25,061 nucleotides of DNA, taken from assembly GCA_024275415.1 (NCBI GenBank), contig JAJRZD010000118.1, forward strand, positions 1 through 25,061, given 5' to 3'. Positions within the stretch are counted from its first letter, which is position 1, and each line of letters starts with the position of its first letter. The translations under genes were made by a program, and so were the position numbers. Under the pieces are notes generated by a model that was not told where the DNA came from, searched no databases, and saw only the letters and a list, made by a program, of their open reading frames with translations. Source of the DNA: an archaeon (GTDB lineage: Archaea > Asgardarchaeota > Thorarchaeia > Thorarchaeales > Thorarchaeaceae). Positions 1-8,995 of the stretch are shown here, piece by piece.

Positions 1-1809
1 CAATTGACCGCTGTGCTTGTCGCATTCGGTCTATTCCTGATAGCACCCCTTTTGAGTGTAGTCTTCACATCCTTCATTGACCCTAATACGGGTATGCCCT
101 CACTTTACCACTTTGTAAACCTGTTCTCTGACTCGAACTTTTGGCCATGGCAATATAACGAGAATACCAAAGAATGGATCACGTACATTGATTGGAGAAC
201 TATTATCCCTCCCACTGGCAATAGCGATTTGATGGTTATCCAAGGATGGGACTTTGGAGCGGTCTTGAACTCTATCTATACCGCCATCATTGTCACTATA
301 TTCTCCGTCATACTTGGTGTCTTTCTAGCATTCATTGTTGCAAGATATGATTTTCCTGGCAAGAAGATTATTCGTACAGTGCTGATATTCCCAATCCTTG
401 CTACTCCATTCGTTGGAGCAATTGGCATTAAGACGTTCTTAGGACGTGCAGGATTCTTCAACAACCTGTTCTACACAGCGCTTGGCATCATGCCTTACCG
501 AGTAGAGCTTCATGGTCTTGCAGCTATCATTTTTGTTCAGTCACTATCCTTGTTCTCGCTTGTATATCTAAATGCGTATTCGTCCTTCATGGGCATTGAT
601 CCCTCTCTCGAAGAACAGGCTGAGAATCTGGGAGCAACAGGCTTCAAATTATTTAGGTCTGTCACGCTGCCCTTAGCAATGCCCGGCATCCAAGCAGGTG
701 CGATTCTAACATTCATCCTTAGTATTGAGGATTTGGGAACTCCAATCGTATATTTTGAGGATCTGCAGGCACGAAAGACACTTGCCTTTCAGGTGTTTGA
801 CAGCATAGCCTCACAGTCAGGACAGATTGACCCCACCGGCCCTGCCGTAGGAATTATCCTTCTCATATTTGCCGTCGTTGGATTTCTGACCATTCGCAAA
901 TACGCCTCTCTGCGATCCTATGAATCTGGAACCAAGGGCGGGCAATGGAATCCAAGAACCCGTAGGTTAAGCATGCGAACATCAATTCTATTGTATGCTG
1001 TGCTCATCCCTATTCTGTTTTTGGCTTTAATCCCTCAGATCAGTGTCATCATCCTTTCTTTATCCGGAGGATGGTCTACGGACTCGATCTTACCAGATGT
1101 CTGGACACTTGGCAATTATGATGTTCTTTGGGCATACCAAGATGTAACTCAATCAATCCAGTTCACGTTAATATACGGACTAGTCGCCACGATCTTCATT
1201 GTTCTATTGGGGACGAGTGCAGCGTACATCGTGGCCAGACGTGACATCCCCGGAAAGACTGCATTTGACCTTCTCGTGACATCACCTATTGCATTACCTG
1301 GTATTGTTATTGCTACTGGTTACTTCACGCTCTTCTATAACACACCATTCTTCATGCCTGGTGAAGTCTTTCCTACAGGACCGTGGTTCTTGATTACGAT
1401 TTCGTATATGATACGAAAGTTTCCGTTCACTGTACGTGCGGCCTATGCAGGGCTACAATCAACGCCCGTCGTACTTGAAGAAGCCTCACTGAATATGGGC
1501 GCAAGCCGGAATCAGACCTTCACCAAGATCACACTTCCTCTGATTGGCGTGAGTGTTCTTGCGGGCTCGTTGCTATCATTTGTCTACTCCGTCAGTGAGG
1601 TAAGCACCAGTTTGATTCTTGGTAGTGTAGGACGGCAACAGGCTCCTATGACATTCTGGACTAAAGAGGTACTAGAAGGGACTGGAGTATATGGAGGCCC
1701 TGAACATGCAGCCACTCTTGGTGTCCTCATGATGGCACTTCAAATGGCTGTGATTACAATAACGAACAAGATACTCGGCACTCGCAGTTCTGCGATGACT
1801 GGGATTTGA
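1..1809 (+). CDS. ABC transporter permease, FbpB/ThiP-like fused two-module type (Fe3+/thiamine/polyamine family); 5' truncated by the window edge
   Basis: Frame is open from base 1 (CAA TTG ACC...). About 12 hydrophobic segments and two EAA loops (DPSLEEQAENLGA...VTLPL and VLEEASLNMGA...ITLPL). The ATPase gene follows immediately. Confidence 0.9.
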   Translation, partial: QLTAVLVAFGLFLIAPLLSVVFTSFIDPNTGMPSLYHFVNLFSDSNFWPWQYNENTKEWITYIDWRTIIPPTGNSDLMVIQGWDFGAVLNSIYTAIIVTIFSVILGVFLAFIVARYDFPGKKIIRTVLIFPILATPFVGAIGIKTFLGRAGFFNNLFYTALGIMPYRVELHGLAAIIFVQSLSLFSLVYLNAYSSFMGIDPSLEEQAENLGATGFKLFRSVTLPLAMPGIQAGAILTFILSIEDLGTPIVYFEDLQARKTLAFQVFDSIASQSGQIDPTGPAVGIILLIFAVVGFLTIRKYASLRSYESGTKGGQWNPRTRRLSMRTSILLYAVLIPILFLALIPQISVIILSLSGGWSTDSILPDVWTLGNYDVLWAYQDVTQSIQFTLIYGLVATIFIVLLGTSAAYIVARRDIPGKTAFDLLVTSPIALPGIVIATGYFTLFYNTPFFMPGEVFPTGPWFLITISYMIRKFPFTVRAAYAGLQSTPVVLEEASLNMGASRNQTFTKITLPLIGVSVLAGSLLSFVYSVSEVSTSLILGSVGRQQAPMTFWTKEVLEGTGVYGGPEHAATLGVLMMALQMAVITITNKILGTRSSAMTGI

Positions 1810-1814
1810 GGTGA
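1808..1814 (+). promoter_or_regulatory. Shine-Dalgarno GAGGTGA of the ABC ATPase
   Basis: GAGGTGA lies 5 nt before ATG 1820. The same motif and 5-6 nt spacing recur before several genes in the window. Confidence 0.75.
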
Positions 1815-1819
1815 AATAG

Positions 1820-2980
1820 ATGGTAGAAATCACTCTTGAGAATCTCCGTAAGACATTTGGAGATGTAGTCGCTACAGATGAGGTGACCTTGACACTAAAA
1901 GAAGGGGAACTCTCAACTCTTCTTGGTCCTTCTGGATGTGGCAAAACAACCCTCTTGCGTCTGATTGCGGGGTTCTACATCCCTGATTCGGGAAAGATAT
2001 TCTTTGACGATCGGGATGTCACGAACCTCCCACCTTTCAAGCGCAACACTGGGATGTGTTTCCAGAACTATGCCTTATGGCCCCATATGTCCGTGAATGA
2101 CAATATTGCATACGGCCTGAAGTTGAAACGGTTCGAGGGGAAAAAATACACCAAATCTGCAATAAACAAAAGGGTGAAGGATGCTCTCGAGCTTGTCCGT
2201 CTGGAAGGGCTTGGCGAGAGAAGAGTTCATCAACTTTCTGGAGGTCAGCAACAACGAGTTGCTCTCGCAAGAGCATTGGTCATCGAGCCCGATGTCTTGC
2301 TTCTTGATGAGCCATTGTCCAATCTTGACGCCAAGCTCAGGATTGAAATGCGTGAAGAGATCATTCGGATTCAAAAGGAGTTGTCCATCACGACCGTTTA
2401 TGTCACTCACGATCAACATGAGGCACTAAGCATCTCTGATAAGGTCGCAGTGATGGATCATGGTTACGTACAGCAATTTGGATCTCCCCGCGAGATATAT
2501 GCGAATCCCCAGACCATTTTTGTGGCAGACTTCATTGGTCAATGCACATTCATCGACGGAGTCATAACTTCACTTGGCGATTATCTCGATGTGAAGATAC
2601 CAAATGGACAGGTCATCTCTGGAAAACCAACAATTGAAGGGTATCCCTTCGAGGTGGGCGAGCAAGTAAAGTGTGCTATGCGTCCTGAGAACCTACACCT
2701 ATCAAGAACCAGTCCCGACGACAACGAGATCACGGGAACCGTCACACGAACTATCTATGTTGGTAGTGCATTGGAGGTGTATTTCAAGGTCGGCGATATC
2801 GCTGCTCAATCGCTTCTTAAACCTGAGTTTCAGATTGAAGCTGGGACTGAGATAAACCTCTATGCGCCGCGGCTCGATGTCATGATTCTTCCGGTAGGTG
2901 GTGTAGACGCGCTCAGGAAAGTCCCAGGACATCCGCTGTTCCAGGCAAGCCGTAGCGCACCTACTCCCTCGAATGCCTAG
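1820..2980 (+). CDS. ABC transporter ATP-binding protein, PotA/FbpC-like with C-terminal TOBE domain
   Basis: Walker A GPSGCGKT, Q-loop FQNYAL, signature LSGGQQQRV, Walker B LLLDEP, H-loop VTHD, and the 'G(S)PREIYANPQTIFVADFIG' motif. Confidence 0.93.
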   Translation: MVEITLENLRKTFGDVVATDEVTLTLKEGELSTLLGPSGCGKTTLLRLIAGFYIPDSGKIFFDDRDVTNLPPFKRNTGMCFQNYALWPHMSVNDNIAYGLKLKRFEGKKYTKSAINKRVKDALELVRLEGLGERRVHQLSGGQQQRVALARALVIEPDVLLLDEPLSNLDAKLRIEMREEIIRIQKELSITTVYVTHDQHEALSISDKVAVMDHGYVQQFGSPREIYANPQTIFVADFIGQCTFIDGVITSLGDYLDVKIPNGQVISGKPTIEGYPFEVGEQVKCAMRPENLHLSRTSPDDNEITGTVTRTIYVGSALEVYFKVGDIAAQSLLKPEFQIEAGTEINLYAPRLDVMILPVGGVDALRKVPGHPLFQASRSAPTPSNA

Positions 2981-4991
2981 GTATTACTGCAACCCCTCTG
3001 GAAAAGGCAAGCATCTCGGGTCCTGACAGAAGAGTCCGACCAGTCGCAAGTAACGCCGTTTCCCTATCGACTATCAGTACCTCCTCACCTGCCAGAAGGT
3101 CTGGATGAGCCCTAGTGATAAATTTGGCGAGTGCTGATTTTCCATCTGCAACGAAAGGTGCTGCGTCCTCGTTGACGGCAACCATGTATCGGTCGCTTAT
3201 GCCCTCGGTCATCAAGATCCGCCCTCCTTTGTATGTTGGTGTCAGCAGTCCTGTAGTAGGAACAAGAGTGAATAGAATATCCTCGTCCTTTTGGATGTAC
3301 CTTATCTTCCCCGTCTTCCTAGAAACCTTCAATTCGATATCGGACTTTTGGAGAAATTCCGGTTTCATCCTCCATTGGAATGAGAACACAGCACCAAGCT
3401 TTCTTCTACCCCCGTCCACTCTGCCCTCTGGGTATCCTTCGATACTCTCAATGGCTTTTGCAACCCCTGCGAGTATCTCAATATGAAATACCTCTTGTAA
3501 TGTTTGCACTATATTATCCAGCGGGATGTTTCGGGACACCCACTGCACTTTATCTGGATTCAATGCCTGAATGAAGTCTGTTGTTCGTGATATTGTATTG
3601 GCTCGCGTTGTCAAATCTAATGATGGTGGAAAGACACACTGCTGAGCAGGATGGACATGTTCTAGTTCCCAAGGCACTACCCCGATTGGTGTCACAAAGC
3701 CAAGAACAACGTCAGAGGGGTTTCGGGTGCGTAGTGCTGTAATTAAATTGGGCATCATATCGGAGAACGGGTTACTGCCTAAGTCTGGAACCAGTATGAG
3801 CGTCTTGGGCGAGGAATACGGGTACGAGGACAGTATCTGTTGATGGAATCTTGCGAATATGGGGAACCTAGAGGTTTCTGGTCCTGTGTATAAAATGGAA
3901 CTCGTATTTCCTACGGGATCAAGTTTCTTGAACTGGTCAGAGTTTTCCAGCATGACATTGAACGCTTCCAGCAACTCGGGATGTCCCCGTGCCCTGATTG
4001 CTGCAAGTTCCATCAGCTTCCCATCTCTAATTGCCTGTCTGACCTGTCTTATCTCTGATGCTGTGACATAGAGGTTATGTTTCATCAATTGCAGTGCTTT
4101 CTTTTCCTTCTTGAGACCCTTGAGTTCATCTGCTGTAGTATTGCTGCAAACAGGGCAGCCGCAGGGTAGCTCTGTGAGGTTGTCCAAGTGGACAGTACCG
4201 GTTGGTAAGAGCATCCTTCCCGAGTCTGCAAACTTTGCATAGGACGCAGAGTCAAAAAAGTCACAACCCACTAATGCAGCCTGTGCGAAGAGCATCGGGT
4301 GTCCACAACCGAAAAGATGGACAGGTCTGTCGGGAGGAAGATGTTTCTTTGCCGCAAGAACAGCCCGCACGACATCCGCGTATCTGTAGCGTTCCATTAA
4401 GGGAACGACACCTCCAATGGGATATACATCGAAATCCAGTTGTGCCATGTTCATTGCAGACTTTTCCCTGAGTTCCGGATATACGCCTCCTTGAATGGTT
4501 CCTGCCAGCAACATATCTCCCTTGTGATGCACCGAATTCTTTGCTCTTTCATACGAGAGCCTTACATCAGATTTGACTTGCTCTCTCTTCACATTTGGGT
4601 CTGAGAACACATCGAGTATGGTTCCAACATCTGAACCAATCTGTCTTTGGAACTCGATGATATCAAGTGGGTCTATTTCCTCTGATGGCAGATTGTGATA
4701 ATACATCTGAAAGGTTCCCGAGTCAGTCATGATTGGACCCTGAAAATCAAGTAGCCCATGGACTCCCTTCTCAAGAGCAATGTCCTTGAACTTTTCCTGA
4801 GATCTTATGATATACGAGTTTGTGATGACCATCTGGAACCCTAAATCACTCACCAGGTTCTGAGGTGTTATCTCGGACTTGCCCGGATGAATCACCGGCA
4901 TAATTAATGGTGTCTGCACAGTGCCATGTTTAGTGGTGAATCTGCCAAGTCTGGCCATCCCATCTTTGGCTTTGATCTCGAATCGACTCAT
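2961..4991 (-). CDS. tgtA: archaeosine tRNA-guanine(15) transglycosylase (7-cyano-7-deazaguanine tRNA-ribosyltransferase) with C-terminal PUA domain
   Basis: Motifs TPLIMPV, MTDSGTFQ, GGVVPLME, HLFGCGHP and FDSASY, Zn site CGCPVC...HN, and a PUA-like C-terminus. Start moved to ATG 4991 (MSRFEIKAKDG), which has AGGAG 5 nt upstream. Confidence 0.93.
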   Translation of the reverse strand: MSRFEIKAKDGMARLGRFTTKHGTVQTPLIMPVIHPGKSEITPQNLVSDLGFQMVITNSYIIRSQEKFKDIALEKGVHGLLDFQGPIMTDSGTFQMYYHNLPSEEIDPLDIIEFQRQIGSDVGTILDVFSDPNVKREQVKSDVRLSYERAKNSVHHKGDMLLAGTIQGGVYPELREKSAMNMAQLDFDVYPIGGVVPLMERYRYADVVRAVLAAKKHLPPDRPVHLFGCGHPMLFAQAALVGCDFFDSASYAKFADSGRMLLPTGTVHLDNLTELPCGCPVCSNTTADELKGLKKEKKALQLMKHNLYVTASEIRQVRQAIRDGKLMELAAIRARGHPELLEAFNVMLENSDQFKKLDPVGNTSSILYTGPETSRFPIFARFHQQILSSYPYSSPKTLILVPDLGSNPFSDMMPNLITALRTRNPSDVVLGFVTPIGVVPWELEHVHPAQQCVFPPSLDLTTRANTISRTTDFIQALNPDKVQWVSRNIPLDNIVQTLQEVFHIEILAGVAKAIESIEGYPEGRVDGGRRKLGAVFSFQWRMKPEFLQKSDIELKVSRKTGKIRYIQKDEDILFTLVPTTGLLTPTYKGGRILMTEGISDRYMVAVNEDAAPFVADGKSALAKFITRAHPDLLAGEEVLIVDRETALLATGRTLLSGPEMLAFSRGVAVIPRHSRE

Positions 4992-5025
4992 GGGAACTCC
5001 TGTGGAACCCAGTGCCTTCGCCAAA

Positions 5026-5062
5026 GAAGCTTTTGTTATGGTTCACAACACACAGTTTAAGA
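5026..5062. promoter_or_regulatory. divergent promoter region tgtA/hflX (GAAGCTTTT element and TTTAAGA TATA-like box)
   Basis: TTTAAGA at 5056-5062 is about 24 nt before the hflX ATG (leaderless geometry) and reads TCTTAAA on the minus strand. GAAGCTTTT is at 5026. Confidence 0.45.
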
Positions 5063-5085
5063 CAAAATAGCACAGCTTCTATACG

Positions 5086-6366
5086 ATGGATAATCTCAAA
5101 GCGTTACTAGTTCAAAGGCGGGACTGGAATACACCCGACCTGCTTTCCGAGTTCGAAGCGATAGCGACTACCGCGGGCTACCTCGTGGAAGGTACGTTTG
5201 ACATAGTCGCTCCCCCTTCTGGCAAGTATGGAATAAGCATTGGGAAAGTCGAGGAGATTGCTACAATCATTGAGGTTTCTGAGATTGACATTGTTCTTTT
5301 CTCAACAAGACTAAGTTCCAGTCAGGTCTTTCGTCTCATGGAAGAGTGGAAAGTCGAGGTTCGCGATAGGACTCAGGTCATCCTTGAGATATTCGACAAG
5401 CACGCACGAACACCACAGGCCAAGCTTCAGATTGAACAAGCTCGATTGAAGTACGAACTCCCATTCGAACGTCACCAGATTCGGATGCGTCTCCAGAGTG
5501 AACATACTGGGGACAGGCCCACAACGGATCAGGTGGGAGTGGGTGAGGATCTCCTCACAAAGCGGATTGCTGAGATCCGTCGTCGGATGGGGCTTATCGC
5601 ATCGAAATTAAGAAAGATTTCAAAGGCACAAGACCTGAAACGAAAACGCAGGGTTTCTGAGGGGTTCCTAGAGGTCACATTGGCCGGTTATACGAACGCT
5701 GGGAAGAGCACATTGCATCATGCGTTGACAGATTCAGGTGTGGAAATTGCTGACAAGCTGTTCACGACCCTCTCGACCAAGACTGCTAGGTTGCCGACCG
5801 AGGCAAGACAAGTAGTTATCTCGGACTCGGTCGGGTTTATCAGTGACCTTCCGAAGACGCTCTTACAAGCTTTTAACACTACGCTAATGGAGATTACAGA
5901 GGCTGATGTCATCATTCTTGTGGTCGATGCCTCTGATTCAGTGGATGAGATACACCGGAAGATGGATGCTTGTTTTCAGACCTTCTCAGAGATTGGGGCG
6001 AATGGTATTCCAATCATCATCGCTTTCAACAAGATTGACCTTCTTTCTGAGCCCGAAATTGCTGAAAGGCTAGAGGAATTAGATGATAGAAACGAACCCA
6101 TCATCCCGATATCTGCGAAGGATGGTTTTGGACTCGAAGACCTGATCCATGCTGTCGAGCAAGAGTTTCCTGAGCTTGTACGTTTTCAGGTGCATTTGCC
6201 TTATGGGGACGACGGGATGTCTACGCTTTCATGGCTGCATGAACGAAGTTCCATCAAGAAAGAATACTACCGGAAAAAGCACATCGAGCTTGAGGTCGAG
6301 ATGGGCATGGTTGAGGCGCAGAAACTGTTGAGGATGAATCCTGAAATCGAGCTCATTCGCATCTGA
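5086..6366 (+). CDS. hflX: ribosome-associated GTPase HflX
   Basis: VRDRTQVILEIFDKHART..AKLQIE.ARLKYELP N-domain; G1 GYTNAGKST, G2 DKLFTTL, G3 DSVG, G4 NKID, G5 ISAK. Confidence 0.95.
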   Translation: MDNLKALLVQRRDWNTPDLLSEFEAIATTAGYLVEGTFDIVAPPSGKYGISIGKVEEIATIIEVSEIDIVLFSTRLSSSQVFRLMEEWKVEVRDRTQVILEIFDKHARTPQAKLQIEQARLKYELPFERHQIRMRLQSEHTGDRPTTDQVGVGEDLLTKRIAEIRRRMGLIASKLRKISKAQDLKRKRRVSEGFLEVTLAGYTNAGKSTLHHALTDSGVEIADKLFTTLSTKTARLPTEARQVVISDSVGFISDLPKTLLQAFNTTLMEITEADVIILVVDASDSVDEIHRKMDACFQTFSEIGANGIPIIIAFNKIDLLSEPEIAERLEELDDRNEPIIPISAKDGFGLEDLIHAVEQEFPELVRFQVHLPYGDDGMSTLSWLHERSSIKKEYYRKKHIELEVEMGMVEAQKLLRMNPEIELIRI

Positions 6367-6420
6367 ACAGCAACTCGTGTCTTAGTAAAGGTGATATACT
6401 AGGCTCAACCAACTCCATAC

Positions 6421-6428
6421 GGATGTGA
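6421..6428 (+). promoter_or_regulatory. probable Shine-Dalgarno (GGATGTGA) for a CTG start of metF
   Basis: One mismatch to GGAGGTGA, 6 nt before in-frame CTG 6435. This matches the spacing at 9942 and 17437. Confidence 0.5.
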
Positions 6429-6434
6429 CAGGAT

Positions 6435-7364
6435 CTGTTTCGCTCTCACCTTGAATCGCTCCTCAATAAGGGTCAATTCGTCGTCACAGCTGAGATACGC
6501 CCTCCCAAGGGGAGTGATACCTCAATACTCATTGACCGGATCCGGACTGTACGGGGTTATTGTGATGCGATTAACATAACCGACAACGCCCGAGGCATTC
6601 CACTGATGAGCAGTGTGATTTGCTCACATTATGTCATCAAGGAAGGGTGCGAACCAGTTATGCAGATTACTTCACGCGACCGCAACAGGATCATGCTGCA
6701 GAGTGATCTCTATGGTGCATACGCCTTGGGGGTCAGGAACGTACTGTTCATACAGGGGGATCTCCCATCTTTTGGCACTCACCCGGATGCAACAGCCGTG
6801 TACGATTTGGACTCGCCCGGAACAGTTGCGTTGGCAAACAGGCTTCGGTCAGGTTATGACATGGCTGGCGACGAGTTAGAAGGAACTCCCTCGTTCTTTG
6901 TTGGCGCCACTTTCGATCCAAATGATCTCTCAGAAAAGCAACTTGTTCACCTGAAACGCAAAATAGATGCCGGTGCGCGATTCTTTCAAACGCAAGCGGT
7001 CTTTGACGTGTCCGCGTTGCAGGAATTCATGAAACGGATCGTGGAAACCAGAGTCAAGACCATAGTTGGTATAATACCCTTGAGAACCCCGGAGATTGCT
7101 GAATTCATGGATACGAAGGTTCCTGGCATAACAGTCCCCACAGAGATGATTGACCGTTTGAAGAAGGCTGGTGAGGGGCTTCCAGAAGAGAAGATGCTTG
7201 AAGCCTTCGAACATGAAGGGATACAGATGGCTCTCGAACTAATCGAAGATATTAAGAGAGTCCCTGGAGTGTCTGGAATCCATCTCATGGGTGTCGGTTG
7301 GACTGAAAGCATCCCAGTGCTTGTACAGGAAGCCGATCTACACCCCAGACCATCCCGAGGTTAG
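6435..7364 (+). CDS. metF: 5,10-methylenetetrahydrofolate reductase (MetF family); start is upstream of the ORF-track ATG 6606
   Basis: The frame of 6606 stays open back to TGA 6426-6428 and encodes the typical N-terminus (L)FRSHLESLLNKGQFVVTAEIRPPKG...DAINITDNARG. Core motifs: EPVMQITSRDRNRIMLQSDL, GVRNVLFIQGD, KIDAGARFFQTQAVFD, GIHLM. Confidence 0.88.
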   Translation: MFRSHLESLLNKGQFVVTAEIRPPKGSDTSILIDRIRTVRGYCDAINITDNARGIPLMSSVICSHYVIKEGCEPVMQITSRDRNRIMLQSDLYGAYALGVRNVLFIQGDLPSFGTHPDATAVYDLDSPGTVALANRLRSGYDMAGDELEGTPSFFVGATFDPNDLSEKQLVHLKRKIDAGARFFQTQAVFDVSALQEFMKRIVETRVKTIVGIIPLRTPEIAEFMDTKVPGITVPTEMIDRLKKAGEGLPEEKMLEAFEHEGIQMALELIEDIKRVPGVSGIHLMGVGWTESIPVLVQEADLHPRPSRG

Positions 7365-7368
7365 CGAT

Positions 7369-8286
7369 GTGTTCGTGTTCAAAACGAAACAGCAGAAATT
7401 CGAATTTGGTGGGATCTCTTTCGGAGGCGCATCCGGTGAGAGTCCCACTGTTCTAGTTGGAGGACTTTTCTTCAAGGGCCAAGAGATTGTGGTTGATACC
7501 AAGTCGGGACGTTTCGATAAGGAAATCGCCAAAGAATGGATATCACTAGCAGAAGCCTCCTCCGAACAGACCGGCCATCCACTAATCCTGCAAATATACG
7601 GTCGAATGCCCGATGCCATGGAATCGCACATACCTTGGATCGTTGAGAATTATGATGGTCCGTTCATGATAGAGTCGATAAATGCGCGCGCACGAATTCG
7701 GGCGGTTCAGTTATGTGAGGAACTTGGACTAAAAAACCGGGCTATCTTCAATGCTGTCAACCTATCTCTCACAGAGGACGAGAAGAATGCTCTCCGCGCA
7801 TCATCACTTGAAATGGCTGTGGCGCTAGGCTGGTCACCCCGTACCACTTCTCTGCCAGAACGAATGACCGTGATTAAGCAAGTTCTGGATTTGGTCGCCG
7901 AGCTTGGCTTCAAGTATAAACTGGTGGATCCTGCGACTATGCCCGTTGGTGCAGGCTTCGGGCTGGACTATCGATCCATCCCCGCTATAAAATCGGAGTT
8001 GGGATTACCTACTTGTGCGGGTGCTCACAATGCGCCTTCTGCATGGAAATTCCTCAAGCAGCAAGGATTCAATAAAGAATCGACACACCTGTCTGCAATC
8101 ATTGCTTCAACAGTAGCTGCCCAGATATTTGGAGCCGATTGCATAATGTTTGGTTCGTTGCGTAGGAGCAAAGAGGTTTTCCTCGCGGTGTCTCTCGTAG
8201 CAAATGCGATATACACGGGCCTTGGTGAATCCTATCGTGCGCTCGGGATAGCACAAGATCTCTTCGAACCGCCGACCATCGAATAG
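7369..8286 (+). CDS. mtrH: MtrH-family pterin-binding methyltransferase, divergent copy 1
   Basis: GTG 7369 with GAGGTTA 5 nt upstream gives MFVFKTKQQKFEFGGISFGG..GE.PTVLVGGLFFKGQEIV, an MtrH-like N-terminus. GAHNAPSAW and GADCIMFG motifs are present. Confidence 0.85.
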   Translation: MFVFKTKQQKFEFGGISFGGASGESPTVLVGGLFFKGQEIVVDTKSGRFDKEIAKEWISLAEASSEQTGHPLILQIYGRMPDAMESHIPWIVENYDGPFMIESINARARIRAVQLCEELGLKNRAIFNAVNLSLTEDEKNALRASSLEMAVALGWSPRTTSLPERMTVIKQVLDLVAELGFKYKLVDPATMPVGAGFGLDYRSIPAIKSELGLPTCAGAHNAPSAWKFLKQQGFNKESTHLSAIIASTVAAQIFGADCIMFGSLRRSKEVFLAVSLVANAIYTGLGESYRALGIAQDLFEPPTIE

Positions 8287-8297
8287 GAGGGTTGTTC

Positions 8298-8990
8298 ATG
8301 AATCAGATCATTCGAGAAGACTGGCCTCCAGTTCCAGGTGATTTTGAGGTTGGGGATTTGACCTCCGCTGTTGCCATCTGCACGCTCGGCAAGAGGATTG
8401 CAGTTCCTTGCAAGTATGCAATCATAGGGACATGCAAGACCGAGAACATCGGTATTGAACGGGTAATAGTCAATGTGGTATCCAACCCATTGATCCGATT
8501 CTTCATTCTTGCCGGTCCAGAGGTTCCCGGTCATCATACAGGAGCATCCATTCGAGCATTGTATGATTTCGGAATCGAGTCAGACACACGGCGAATCGTT
8601 GAGGCGCCTGGCGCTATCCCATATATCGAGAATATCCCTGTTGAAGCCGTGGAACGATTTCGGGAACAGGTCGAGTTCATAGACATGATGAATGTGTCTG
8701 ACCCTGCCAAAATTTCAAGTATGGCGGAGGAGCTGAACAAAAGGAACGTTGAGCCATTTCCCGAAGAGATTATCTGGATCGACTTCAAGAGCAAGACGAA
8801 AAAGAAATCCACTGGGGTGATGATAGCATCTGTGTCCGTAGTCCCTGAAATAGGTCTGTTCTACCATCCTGACACATCGCTCATATACTCTCAGACTATG
8901 GATGCCAAGGTTTCGGACAGTCCCACCTCAATAGGGATTGAGATACGCGAAGATGAGGGTGGGACTGTACTGGTCGGCAAGGAGTCGTGA
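8298..8990 (+). CDS. mtrA: MtrA-family corrinoid protein without a C-terminal transmembrane helix (soluble, MtxA-like)
   Basis: DWPPVPGDFEVGD, CKTENIGIERVIVNVVSNP.IRF, EVPGHHTG (cobalt-ligand His) and GAIPYIENIP.EAVERFREQVE. ATG 8298 has AGGAGGG 6 nt upstream. The C-terminal 70 aa are hydrophilic or beta-like. Confidence 0.92.
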   Translation: MNQIIREDWPPVPGDFEVGDLTSAVAICTLGKRIAVPCKYAIIGTCKTENIGIERVIVNVVSNPLIRFFILAGPEVPGHHTGASIRALYDFGIESDTRRIVEAPGAIPYIENIPVEAVERFREQVEFIDMMNVSDPAKISSMAEELNKRNVEPFPEEIIWIDFKSKTKKKSTGVMIASVSVVPEIGLFYHPDTSLIYSQTMDAKVSDSPTSIGIEIREDEGGTVLVGKES

Positions 8991-8995
8991 TTACA

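Noticed and set aside
6426-6428. Selenocysteine at metF codon 2
   Set aside because: MetF has no conserved Cys there, position 2 is implausible for Sec, and no SECIS was recognised. Kept only as a remote alternative.
6423-6608. Frameshift in the 5' part of metF
   Set aside because: Manual translation shows the conserved N-terminus is in the same frame as ATG 6606. Only the start codon is unusual.
7291-7368. ORF-track N-terminal extension of the first mtrH (similarly 4992-5024, 16191-16256, 16377-16415, 19095-19187, 20799-20807)
   Set aside because: The extensions overlap neighbouring genes or SD/promoter sequence and precede the family-typical N-termini. Downstream starts have better SD spacing or family match.
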